Shown: one piece after another, positions 48,212-57,455 of the stretch
Layout: each line of letters starts with the position of its first letter
Numbering within the stretch: the first letter of the stretch is position 1
Assembly (NCBI GenBank): GCA_021108075.1
Contig: JAIORP010000178.1
Coordinates: forward strand, 31,811 to 95,810
Origin: Candidatus Omnitrophota bacterium
Lineage (GTDB): Bacteria; Omnitrophota; Gorgyraeia; Zapsychrales; Zapsychraceae
Direction: 5' to 3'
Length of the DNA stretch: 64,000 nucleotides
Notes under the pieces: generated by a model
Database searches by the model: none
What the model was told of the DNA's origin: nothing
The model's input: the letters and a program-made list of their open reading frames with translations, nothing else
Program-made: the position numbers and the translations under genes

Positions 48212-48923
48212 GTAACGATACAGGTCTCACCCGGTCCAAAGATCCGGAAAACGCTCATTGACAAAAATTGTATTTATTTTTTGACGATACGAGAAAATAA
48301 TGTTTAAGTATTATTCATGAAAGAGACAACATCAGAAGAAGCCCGCGTGAATTAATCTTTATTTATGAACGATTCGATCAGGCCTGGGCCAATCATATGG
48401 TTGATTGTCAGGTCAAAATCAAAAATAAAGTCGATACGGCCAAAGCTAACGGTTTAGATCAACTCAGTCAAGGACAACAAAATTATTGACACAAGCAATA
48501 TCGGGAAATTATTACTGAAGGTCATCAGGCCAATCCGTGGAGGATCCTCCTGACACACAGCGTAAGCGCGGTCGTCCGTAAAAAGGAAAAACACGATGTT
48601 TGCTTGAGCGTTTGGATGGTCATTGGCGCAAGGTATTACGCTTCATGTATGATTTTCGTATTCCTTTTGACAACAACTTATCCGAGCGGGATGTACGCAT
48701 GATGAAAGTCCGTCAGAAAATTTCAGGAACATTCCATCCGCCGGATATGGCCTCAATCTTCCGCGAGATGCGCCGTTTTATCTCAACGGTTCGTAAGCAG
48801 TGAATCCCTCTTCTGCATGCCATCGACCTGATCTTCACGGGCCAACCGTTAAAGCTGTTCGTTCACCAAATTATCGGTGAGCGCCTGTCGAGCTTTTGGG
48901 CCGGGTGAGACCGGAATAGTTAC
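48212..48923 (+). mobile_element. internally deleted IS66-family element with both terminal inverted repeats
   Basis: GTAACGATACAGGTCTCACCCGGTCCAAA at 48212 versus reverse complement of TTTGGGCCGGGTGAGACCGGAATAGTTAC ending 48923; encloses transposase fragments. Confidence 0.85.
48317..48803 (+). pseudogene. IS66 transposase remnant (deletion, stops, frameshift)
   Basis: RELIFIYERFDQAWA..., KRGRP*, and VLRFMYDFRIPFDNNLSERDVRMMKVRQKISGTF, the typical IS66 C-terminal motif. Confidence 0.85.
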
Positions 48924-49111
48924 ATATAAAGAAAGTCTTCCCGATCATGCATCCTGAAACCACCTTTGCCAGAAAGTGTGTCGACTTGTATTCAGATAGC
49001 TGCAAAAAATAGTTGAAGGGAATGATCGGGACGAAGAAGGCTGTTTTTTAGATTAACGTTTATTTTATATTTATTACAGGAGTTTATTTGTGCTGGCGAA
49101 TCATCGTGTTT

Positions 49112-49396
49112 ATACCAAATCCATTAATAAATTGCTCTATCTTAATTCTGAAAAGCAGAATTTGTTTTGGTCATTATTTAATCGAAAGAATTCCCCTGAG
49201 CTTGCTCCGGGGTTGCCGCCTGAAGGAAGAGTTCGAGAAAACATGGGTTTCTCGAATACAGAATTCCATCGTAGCATGGATTCGACCGTCGCAAATTTTC
49301 TCGAGGGTAAACAAAGGGTTTACTCAAATCGAGCTATAGCCGTAATAGGATACCCCGTAGCTTGCTGCGGGGTGCTGGGTTCATTGGAATTGGTAT
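49112..49396. mobile_element. MITE copy 5 (82-bp class) interrupted by a 203-bp insertion in its right inverted repeat
   Basis: 49112-49181 joined to 49385-49396 gives exactly 82 bp, matching copy 4. Confidence 0.85.
49182..49384 (+). mobile_element. non-autonomous IS200/IS605-type element (PATE-like)
   Basis: Subterminal hairpins CCCCTGAGCTTGCTCCGGGG and ACCCCGTAGCTTGCTGCGGGGT; inserted after TTAA, ends TCAT, no target duplication. Confidence 0.8.
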
Positions 49397-49749
49397 TATT
49401 AGAAGATTTCAGGGGTAGCCCACATCCCGACAATTTTGCTTCTGGTTGGCTATGTGTTTTTCTGGATAGAACTTTTTTTCCTGGAGCATCCGACCGGACA
49501 TACGACCTGAATGGCTTGGGTCGTTCTTGCGCTAAGCATTATTATTATTTGTGTAAATAACGCAAAAGACATCAGGGATTTGGCCTATCAAAGCCGGTTC
49601 CTCCACAAAATATCCGCTCGACATTTGTTATCAAGCAGGCGGATTCCTCCCAATAATATTAATAAATATTTTATAAATAATTGTGTGCTGTTTGGTCGAT
49701 ATTCTTTATAATTAATAACGTACGACAATAAATAAGATAAGGATACAAT

Positions 49750-50454
49750 ATGAAACTAAGTGTCTTGATGCCGGTCTATAATGAATCCCGCTGGATTGAT
49801 GAAATCGTCAGGAAAGTTTTATCACAGACGGTCGAAGGGATCCGCGAGGTGGAGCTTATCATCGTTGATGACGGTTCAACAGATGACACTTCGGAGCATA
49901 TTAAACAATTAGCTGAAAAATATGGACAACAAATTTGTTTATATTTTCATGAAAAGAATAAAGGCAAGGGAGCGGCTCTGCAGACAGCTATTCAACACAT
50001 GAGCGGTGATATCTGTATTGTTCAAGACGCGGATTTAGAATATGATCCCCATGATTATCCTTTGCTCCTCGAACCGATTATCCAGGGGCGGGCGGACTGT
50101 GTCTACGGGTCACGTTTTATCGGGAAGCAATCCAAACGGGTTTTGTTTTTTTGGCATTATGTCGGGAACAGGGCGTTAACATTATTGAGCAACATGCTCA
50201 CGAACCTGAACCTGACAGATATGGAAACCTGTTATAAGGCTTTCCGTTCAACCGTCTTAAAATCCATTCCTTTGCGTTCGCGTCGGTTTGGTTTCGATCC
50301 CGAGGTGACCGCGAAGATCGCCAAGAAAAAGTGCCGGATTTTTGAGGTGGGGATTAGTTATAATGGCCGCACTTATGAAGACGGTAAGAAAATAACCTGG
50401 CTGGATGGAGTCCAAGCGATTCTTTTGATCATTAAATATAGAATTATTGATTAA
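49750..50454 (+). CDS. glycosyltransferase family 2 (polyprenol-phosphate glycosyltransferase-like)
   Basis: PVYNE, VDDGSTD, NKGKGAA, QDADLEY, TDMETCYK. Confidence 0.92.
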   Translation: MKLSVLMPVYNESRWIDEIVRKVLSQTVEGIREVELIIVDDGSTDDTSEHIKQLAEKYGQQICLYFHEKNKGKGAALQTAIQHMSGDICIVQDADLEYDPHDYPLLLEPIIQGRADCVYGSRFIGKQSKRVLFFWHYVGNRALTLLSNMLTNLNLTDMETCYKAFRSTVLKSIPLRSRRFGFDPEVTAKIAKKKCRIFEVGISYNGRTYEDGKKITWLDGVQAILLIIKYRIID

Positions 50455-50530
50455 TTCAGTGACTTCTGATAATCTGCTGGTTCTGTGATAACACGTTTCA
50501 GGAGTGCCGTTAAATAAAAGATGATGCTAA

Positions 50531-51307
50531 ATGAGCGCGGATAACTTTTTTGATGTTTTAGGCGTTCGGGTTTCGGCAACGAACCTGGAGCTGACCAGCC
50601 GGCGGATTGAAGCTTGGATCCAATCAAAATCCCGGCAATATATTTGTGTTGCTCCTGTCGCTACGATCATTGATTGCCAGAGAGACAGTGAGTACTTAAA
50701 AGTTATTAATCAAGCGGGTCTTGTTACTCCTGATGGAATGCCGATTGTTTGGCTGGGGCAAAAGACCGTTGGGCCACGGGTTCAGCGGACGTATGGTCCT
50801 GATTTGATGATGGCATTTTGTGGGTTCAGTGCCGCAAAAGGCTACCGGCATTTTTTTTACGGCGGAAGTGAACAGACAAATCAGATTTTAATTAAGACGT
50901 TAAGCGAAACATTTCCAGGGATCACCATTGCGGGTTCTTACGCTCCTCCTCACATTCAATTGCATCAAAAAGAGCGGGGCGATATTGTTGAAAAGATCAA
51001 TGCCTCGCGTGCAGATGTTTTGTGGGTGGGGCTGGGTTCTCCCAAACAAGATTTCTGGATGGCCGAACACCGGGGACGTTTAAACGCGCCTGTGTTAATC
51101 GGTGTCGGTGCCGCATTTGATTTCCTCGCGGGGACCAAGAAGCAAGCGCCGAGATGGATGCAGCGTTCAGGACTGGAATGGTTGTTCCGTTTGTGTCAGG
51201 AACCCCGGAGGCTATGGAAAAGATATTTGATCGGAAATAGTTTGTTTATTTTCCTGTGTATTAAAGAGACTTTGTTCTTTTCGAAGAATAAACACAATAA
51301 AAATTAG
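50531..51307 (+). CDS. WecB/TagA/CpsF family glycosyltransferase (GT26)
   Basis: PDGMPIVW, GPDLM, VGLGSPKQD, GVGAAFDF, GLEWLFRL..EPRRL. Confidence 0.92.
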   Translation: MSADNFFDVLGVRVSATNLELTSRRIEAWIQSKSRQYICVAPVATIIDCQRDSEYLKVINQAGLVTPDGMPIVWLGQKTVGPRVQRTYGPDLMMAFCGFSAAKGYRHFFYGGSEQTNQILIKTLSETFPGITIAGSYAPPHIQLHQKERGDIVEKINASRADVLWVGLGSPKQDFWMAEHRGRLNAPVLIGVGAAFDFLAGTKKQAPRWMQRSGLEWLFRLCQEPRRLWKRYLIGNSLFIFLCIKETLFFSKNKHNKN

Positions 51308-51317
51308 AGAGGGATAA

Positions 51318-52751
51318 ATGCCGTTTGCGTCACGTATAAAGTATTCAACGATCCGTCTGGCCTATATCCTGATCGATTTGTTCTGTATTCATTTTGGCAT
51401 CCTGATCGCCAGCAAAATCCGCTACACAACCTTGCCGTTTGAGGTCACCCTGCAAAGCATTTTGTTTGATCCGCGGAATCCTTTTCAGATAATATTCGCT
51501 TTATGGATGGTCACAACGGTCCTGATGCTCAATGTGAAGGATCTATACCAGACTCACCGGGAGATGTTTGAAGCCTATGAAACCGCTCTGGTTGTTAAAT
51601 CGACGATTTATTCGTCCATGATCGTTATCATCGCCCTTTATGTGCTTAAAGTGGAAGGTTTTCCCCGTACGGTTCTGATGATCGGCACATTGTTCAATCT
51701 CATTTCGTTATCGTTGTGGCGTTTTTTAAAACGGATTTTTGTGCATTATTTGGTCGTGCATGGATACAATAATTTTAATGCGCTGATTGTCGGTACTGGA
51801 AAAGTCGGCTGCGCCCTGGCTTTAGAAATTAAAAAGCATCCTCAGCTGGGTATTAAAATTGTGGGTTTTTTGACAGATATTCACAAAGTGGATGAAGAGG
51901 TTACGGATGATTTGAAGGTCCTCGGGAATATATCCGATTTAACAAGGATCGCACGTCAGGAATTCATTAATAAGGTTTTTATTACAGATTATCATGATAA
52001 CCGAACGTTTTTACATTTATTGCAGCGCTCGAAAGATTTGGGTTTGGCTATTCGGGTTATTCCGCACGGTTTTGAATTGATGCCCGGTGATTTTACGAAA
52101 TACAATATCGGTTTTATCCCTGTCCTGGAGTATTGCAACGCACAGCAATACCGTAAGCAGGCGGGCAAAAGGATTTTCGATTTCATTTTTTCCTCGGTCC
52201 TCTTTTTACTGTTTTTACCATTTCTTTTTGTTATTATGGTGCTTATCAAATGGGACAGCCCGGGCCCTGTTTTTTATTTGTCGAAACGGTATGGCCGTGG
52301 GGGGAAAATGTTTAGTATGATCAAATTTCGAAGTATGGTTCAGGAGGCGGAGCAGGTGTTAGGTCACATGAAGGATTTGAATGAAGTGGACGGCCCCATT
52401 TTTAAGATCAGAAAAGATCCTCGGGTGACAAGGGTTGGGCGCTTATTAAGAAAGTATAGTATCGATGAACTGCCGCAATTGATGAATGTGATAAAGGGTA
52501 ATATGAGTTTGGTCGGCCCACGGCCGCTTCCGATTGCGCAAGTTGAGAAGGAAGATTTTCAACAGTTGAGGCGGTTAGAAGTCCGGCCAGGCATTACGGG
52601 GTTGTGGCAAATTCGAGGACGCAGTAATATTTCATTTAAACGATTGGTCCGTTGGGATATCTGGTACATTAATAATTGGTCTTTTTGGTTGGATATCAAT
52701 ATTCTTTGGCAGACGATTCCCGTCGTATTGCGGGGAACAGGCGCGTATTAG
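51318..52751 (+). CDS. undecaprenyl-phosphate sugar phosphotransferase (WcaJ/WbaP-like)
   Basis: TM N-terminus, KRIFD, KFRSM, DPRVT, DELPQL, SLVGPRP, PGITGLWQ. Confidence 0.92.
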   Translation: MPFASRIKYSTIRLAYILIDLFCIHFGILIASKIRYTTLPFEVTLQSILFDPRNPFQIIFALWMVTTVLMLNVKDLYQTHREMFEAYETALVVKSTIYSSMIVIIALYVLKVEGFPRTVLMIGTLFNLISLSLWRFLKRIFVHYLVVHGYNNFNALIVGTGKVGCALALEIKKHPQLGIKIVGFLTDIHKVDEEVTDDLKVLGNISDLTRIARQEFINKVFITDYHDNRTFLHLLQRSKDLGLAIRVIPHGFELMPGDFTKYNIGFIPVLEYCNAQQYRKQAGKRIFDFIFSSVLFLLFLPFLFVIMVLIKWDSPGPVFYLSKRYGRGGKMFSMIKFRSMVQEAEQVLGHMKDLNEVDGPIFKIRKDPRVTRVGRLLRKYSIDELPQLMNVIKGNMSLVGPRPLPIAQVEKEDFQQLRRLEVRPGITGLWQIRGRSNISFKRLVRWDIWYINNWSFWLDINILWQTIPVVLRGTGAY

Positions 52752-52967
52752 ACCCGCACGCTTTTCTTCCGCGCGAGTGTTTCGGTTTCATGAGCGTGTT
52801 GACGTGAGGGACGGCAGAGGGTTCCGTGTTATTCCTATTAAAAAAATTAAAATATTCCCGGTGTATCTGTTGAGAAAACATTTGCGCTAAGCAGGGATGC
52901 CCGATAGAGACTGTAAATTTTATCAAATAAGATCTTGCCTGACAGCAGGGTTTAGAAGGGACCTTGA

Positions 52968-54317
52968 ATGGAAATAAAAGATAAATTTGTTTGCATATGC
53001 GATAGAGTTCTGGCATTTAGTTTTTATGTCATGGTGTTCTTTCTTTCAACGGCACCGGCGATCATTGAAAGCTTTTTTGCCGTGATGATGTTTGGTTACG
53101 TGTTTAAGAGGTCGCGTTTATCTTACCTTCAAGGCAGGCGGGACACAAAATCCGGCCAGATAAAAGTGGCTGAAAAATTGAAACGTTTTTTCACCGCGTA
53201 TAAACCGATAGACAATGCCTTAAATGTGCCGATCGCTATCTTTGTCTTGCTTTCGATTCTGTCGATCGTTTTTAATCCCTATTGGGGTTTGGGCTGGAAG
53301 GGTTTTTTTTGTAAATTGTGGGAAAGTTTATTTATTTATTTTATATTTATTGAGACGATGAGGACCCGGGACCGGCAGATGAAGTTTTTATTGGTGAGCC
53401 TTTTTTCTTTGTTTTTTACTTTGGTTAATGGGGTCTATCAGTACATCACCCGGGAAGGATTTATGCTGCATACCCCGATCACCGACGGCAGGGTGACATC
53501 AGCGTTTAGTCATTCAAACGACTTTGGGGCGTATTTGGTCACTTATATTCCATTGTTATTATGTTTATCACTGCGTTTACGTTTGAGTCCGGCAAAACAC
53601 AATCAACCGCATAGCGCTATCGAGCGGTTTATCGATGGCATGCCGTTTCGAGTTCTCTCCTTTTTTGTGTTTATTGTTGCGGTCATTATCCTTGGTCTGA
53701 CCTATTCGAGAAGCGCGTGGATCGCTTTTTTTGTCGCTTTTTTATTTATTGGAGCCAGCCGCCCTAAAATTTTATTGATTGTCTTTTTGATGATTGTCAT
53801 TTTTTTATCGGTCTTTATTCCCAGGATGTTAATAGAAAGACAATCCAATTTTGCCGGCCGACGGTTTATCGACGCGTTCACGTCTTCATCCCGATTGATT
53901 TATTGGGATGAAGCCATTAGGATCGTTCGGGATTATCCTCTTTTGGGTGTTGGACTCAACGCCTATTCAAAGGTTGGGCCTGCGTACAAGACAAATTTAC
54001 ACGGCAGTGGTGGCTACCCGCATAATTGTTATTTACAAACGGCTGCTGAAATCGGAATTTTAGGGTGTTTGGTCTTTCTATGGATGATGTGGCGGCTTAT
54101 AAAGAGCAGTATCCGTTTTATTCGTAACAGCAACCATTTGACCGATGCCAACCTTCAACTGGGTATTATCGCGGGATTAATTGGGCTGTGGGTGCATAGT
54201 TTTTTTGATACAAGTTTTTATAATATTAAACTGAATTCCTTGATGTGGCTGATGATGGGGTTTGCGATAGCGGTTCAAAAACTTCATACTGAGGCCCACA
54301 ATGTTGAATCTCAATGA
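52968..54317 (+). CDS. O-antigen ligase family protein (WaaL-like)
   Basis: F.HSNDFG.Y, TYSRSAW, R..YW, GVG, PHNCYLQTAAEIGILG. Confidence 0.85.
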   Translation: MEIKDKFVCICDRVLAFSFYVMVFFLSTAPAIIESFFAVMMFGYVFKRSRLSYLQGRRDTKSGQIKVAEKLKRFFTAYKPIDNALNVPIAIFVLLSILSIVFNPYWGLGWKGFFCKLWESLFIYFIFIETMRTRDRQMKFLLVSLFSLFFTLVNGVYQYITREGFMLHTPITDGRVTSAFSHSNDFGAYLVTYIPLLLCLSLRLRLSPAKHNQPHSAIERFIDGMPFRVLSFFVFIVAVIILGLTYSRSAWIAFFVAFLFIGASRPKILLIVFLMIVIFLSVFIPRMLIERQSNFAGRRFIDAFTSSSRLIYWDEAIRIVRDYPLLGVGLNAYSKVGPAYKTNLHGSGGYPHNCYLQTAAEIGILGCLVFLWMMWRLIKSSIRFIRNSNHLTDANLQLGIIAGLIGLWVHSFFDTSFYNIKLNSLMWLMMGFAIAVQKLHTEAHNVESQ

Positions 54318-54847
54318 AGAACGTTAAAAAATTGATCATTGGAAGTGCGGGAAAGAAACATCCCGATGCGATAACCCTCGACATCGATCCTGAACATCAT
54401 CCGGATGTGGTCCACAATATTGAGACCTCTCCGTGGCCTTTTGAGGATAATGCTTTTCAAAAGATTGTGGCGCATCATATCCTGGAACATGTGTCTCAAT
54501 TAAGTGTGGTCATGTCCGAAATGCATCGCGTTTGCGCGCAAGATGGAGAGATCCATATTGAGGTTCCGCACCACACTTCTTGGATGGCCTATGATCCAGC
54601 TCATTTGACTTATTTTAATTATTTTTCGTTGGATAGCTATTTGCATAATAAAGATACTTGGGTGCACGGCCGAAAGTTTGCCTGTCTGAATCAAGAGCTG
54701 ACTTTTCATCGTTTTTTCCGGTCTTGCGGATTGCAAAAAATATTTAACCGTTGGCCGTTAATGTATGAGCGCTTTTTTTGCTATCGTTGCCCTGCCGAAC
54801 ACATCAAGTTTGTCCTGCGACCACATCATACCAAATCCATTAATTAA
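54314..54847 (+). CDS. methyltransferase-domain protein
   Basis: PWPFEDN, HILEH, EVPH, DPAH; stop supplied by MITE copy 6. Confidence 0.75.
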   Translation: MKNVKKLIIGSAGKKHPDAITLDIDPEHHPDVVHNIETSPWPFEDNAFQKIVAHHILEHVSQLSVVMSEMHRVCAQDGEIHIEVPHHTSWMAYDPAHLTYFNYFSLDSYLHNKDTWVHGRKFACLNQELTFHRFFRSCGLQKIFNRWPLMYERFFCYRCPAEHIKFVLRPHHTKSIN

Positions 54848-54931
54848 ATGTTCTATTTTAGTTTTTATATTCTCGCTAAAGCGTCGAGAAAAGCAGAATT
54901 GGTTTTGGTCATTATTTAATGGAATTGGTAT
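54828..54931. mobile_element. MITE copy 6 (104-bp class)
   Basis: ATACCAAATCCATTAA ... TTAATGGAATTGGTAT. Confidence 0.85.
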
Positions 54932-55288
54932 CAGTCATCGGATAAGTCCTCTGCGGCGCATTCATTTTCGGGGCGAAACCCCGATGATTGACTCGGGAGC
55001 ATCGCCGGGCGGGGATGAACCATATGAGTTGACCGGAGATAAGAAATGAATTCGGGCCTGTTATTGCGCCCGGTTTTAGCGACGTGTATATGCACAAAAT
55101 TTAGATTGAATGAGCGAGATTTTGCTTATAGAGTGGACTTAAATTTGCTCATTCAGGTGATTCAATCTCGGCCGTATAAAACAAAATAAAGAACTGCGGC
55201 TCGGAATCCTTAAAAAGAATCCCTGCCTTGATGTATAAATATCTGAAATAAAAAGATTTGGCACTATTTATGATCATTTTTTTATGAA

Positions 55289-55316
55289 TTGACAAAACGA
55301 AAAGGTTCGCTATAAT
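55289..55316 (+). promoter_or_regulatory. sigma70-type promoter of pgk operon
   Basis: TTGACA (55289-55294), 16 nt, TATAAT (55311-55316). Confidence 0.7.
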
Positions 55317-55383
55317 AATTAAAATTTTCAATAAATTATATTATTTATAATAATTTATAATAAATTATAGAAAGGGTCGATGA

Positions 55384-56565
55384 ATGAATAAGTTAACTGT
55401 CAAAGATGTAGCCTTTAAGGGCAAGAAAGTCATCATGCGGGTTGATTTTAACGTGCCGTTGGATGAACATTTGAATATTACTGATGACCGTCGGGTCAAG
55501 GCATCCTTACCAACGATTAAATATATTCTGGAAAAAGAGCCGGCTAAGCTCATTTTAATGAGTCATCTGGGGCGTCCAAAAGGCGAAGTGATCAATAAGC
55601 TGCGGCTAAATCCTGTCGCAAAAAAATTACAGGAATTTTTGGGGGAAGATGTCCTGAAGCTCGATGATTGCGTTGGTGAATCTGTTGAACAGGCGATTGC
55701 CGACAGCACGGAACGTGTGATTGTTTTGGAAAATTTGCGCTTTCACAAAGCTGAGACGAAGAATGACCCTGACTTCGCTAAAAAATTAGCCTCTTTAGCG
55801 GATGTTTATGTTAACGATGCCTTTGGCACCGCTCACCGCGCGCATGCCTCAACGCATGGTGTCGCGGAGAATTTAACCTCTGTCGCTGGATTTTTATTGG
55901 AAAAAGAGATCACCTATTTGAGCAAGGCTGTTGACACGCCGGAGAAACCTTTTGTTGTGATTTTAGGCGGGGCAAAAGTATCGGATAAAATTTTATTGAT
56001 CGATAAACTCCTAAAAAAAGCCGACCGCATTCTTATCGGCGGGGGAATGGCCTATACGTTTTTAAAAGCTCAGGGTAAAAATACAGGAAATTCTATCCTG
56101 GAAGCGGATAAAGTTGACTTAGCAAAGGATTTACTGGATAAAGCTATAGCGGCCAATGTGCACATTGAGTTGAGCTCAGACTTTATTGCCGTGGAGGATT
56201 TCGGGAAACCGGAGACAAAGAAAATTGTTGATGATATTCCGGATGGTTGGGAAGCGTTAGATATCGGACCCAAGACCATCGCAAGATTTGAAGAATTGTT
56301 AGCCGATGCCAAGACCATTGTATGGAATGGTCCTGTCGGCGTCTTTGAACAGGATGCCTATGCCCAGGGAACGAAGGCGATAGCAAAATTCCTTGCCTCA
56401 TTGAAGGATGCCACAACGATTATCGGCGGGGGTGATTCAGCCGCGGCTGTAGCTAAATTCGGGTTTGAAGATGCGATGACCCATATCTCGACCGGCGGCG
56501 GCGCTTCTTTAGAATTATTGGAAGGAAAAGAATTACCCGGTTTAGCAGCCTTAACAGATAAATAG
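55384..56565 (+). CDS. pgk: phosphoglycerate kinase
   Basis: [51 protein letters not shown]. Confidence 0.98.
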   Translation: MNKLTVKDVAFKGKKVIMRVDFNVPLDEHLNITDDRRVKASLPTIKYILEKEPAKLILMSHLGRPKGEVINKLRLNPVAKKLQEFLGEDVLKLDDCVGESVEQAIADSTERVIVLENLRFHKAETKNDPDFAKKLASLADVYVNDAFGTAHRAHASTHGVAENLTSVAGFLLEKEITYLSKAVDTPEKPFVVILGGAKVSDKILLIDKLLKKADRILIGGGMAYTFLKAQGKNTGNSILEADKVDLAKDLLDKAIAANVHIELSSDFIAVEDFGKPETKKIVDDIPDGWEALDIGPKTIARFEELLADAKTIVWNGPVGVFEQDAYAQGTKAIAKFLASLKDATTIIGGGDSAAAVAKFGFEDAMTHISTGGGASLELLEGKELPGLAALTDK

Positions 56566-56661
56566 TCTTTTCATTTGCCTGAAATTAAATCATGCGCGAA
56601 AAATTTAGATAAATTCATCAATATGAATGTTTCAAACAGCAGTTAGATCAAGGAGAGATAC

Positions 56662-57414
56662 ATGAGAAAGCCAATCATAGCCGGTAATTGGAAAATGAAT
56701 TTGACAACAAAAGATGCGGTTGAGTTGGTCACAGCGTTAAAAAGAGATTTGGCCGATGTTACCACTGTGGATATCATTGTTTGTCCGGTCTTTACTGTCC
56801 TGGATACGGTTAATGATGTTATTATGGATACGAATATTGGTCTGGGCGGTCAAAATTTATATTGGGAAAATTCTGGAGCCTTTACGGGTGAGATTTCAGC
56901 CTCGATGCTGAAAGATGTTGGCGCGGAATATGTGATCATCGGTCACTCAGAAAGACGTCAGTTTTTTGGTGAAACCAATGAAACCGTTAATAAAAAAATT
57001 AAGGCTGCTCAAGCGCAGGGCTTAACCGCGATCGTCTGTGTCGGGGAAGTTCTCGAAGAACGTGAATCAGGCAAGACGCAATCTGTTGTCCAAACGCAAT
57101 GTGAAGGCAGCTTCGCGGGTCTTAGCGCGGATGAAATGAAACAGCTGATCATTGCCTACGAACCGGTCTGGGCTATCGGAACAGGAAAGACGGCAACACC
57201 CCAACAAGCTCAAGAGGTTCATGCGTTTATCCGTGCCTGGTTAAAACAACAATTCAGTGACGACGTAGCCCAAACAGTACGGATTCAATATGGTGGCAGT
57301 GTGAAACCGGGGAATATTAAAGAACTGATGACTCAAGAAGATATTGACGGGGCATTAGTCGGGGGAGCCAGTCTAAAGAGTGCGTCGTTTGTGGATATTA
57401 TTAAAAATTGTTAA
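56662..57414 (+). CDS. tpiA: triosephosphate isomerase
   Basis: AGNWKMN, GHSERR, AYEPVWAIGTG, YGGSV, LVGGASL. Confidence 0.98.
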   Translation: MRKPIIAGNWKMNLTTKDAVELVTALKRDLADVTTVDIIVCPVFTVLDTVNDVIMDTNIGLGGQNLYWENSGAFTGEISASMLKDVGAEYVIIGHSERRQFFGETNETVNKKIKAAQAQGLTAIVCVGEVLEERESGKTQSVVQTQCEGSFAGLSADEMKQLIIAYEPVWAIGTGKTATPQQAQEVHAFIRAWLKQQFSDDVAQTVRIQYGGSVKPGNIKELMTQEDIDGALVGGASLKSASFVDIIKNC

Positions 57415-57455
57415 AGATATAAATTAGGAAAATAAATTGTGGCGGAGGAGCAATA

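Noticed and set aside
49088-49560. ORFs 49088-49339 and 49090-49560
   Set aside because: They read through the MITE and the nested element; the QN.FWSLFN peptide recurs in other MITE-derived ORFs (46431-46682, 54765-55049), so they are spurious.
7021-54931. MITE copies as integron attC sites or CRISPR repeats
   Set aside because: They are dispersed, occur in both orientations, lack RYYYAAC/GTTRRRY cores and spacers, and no intI or cas gene is present.
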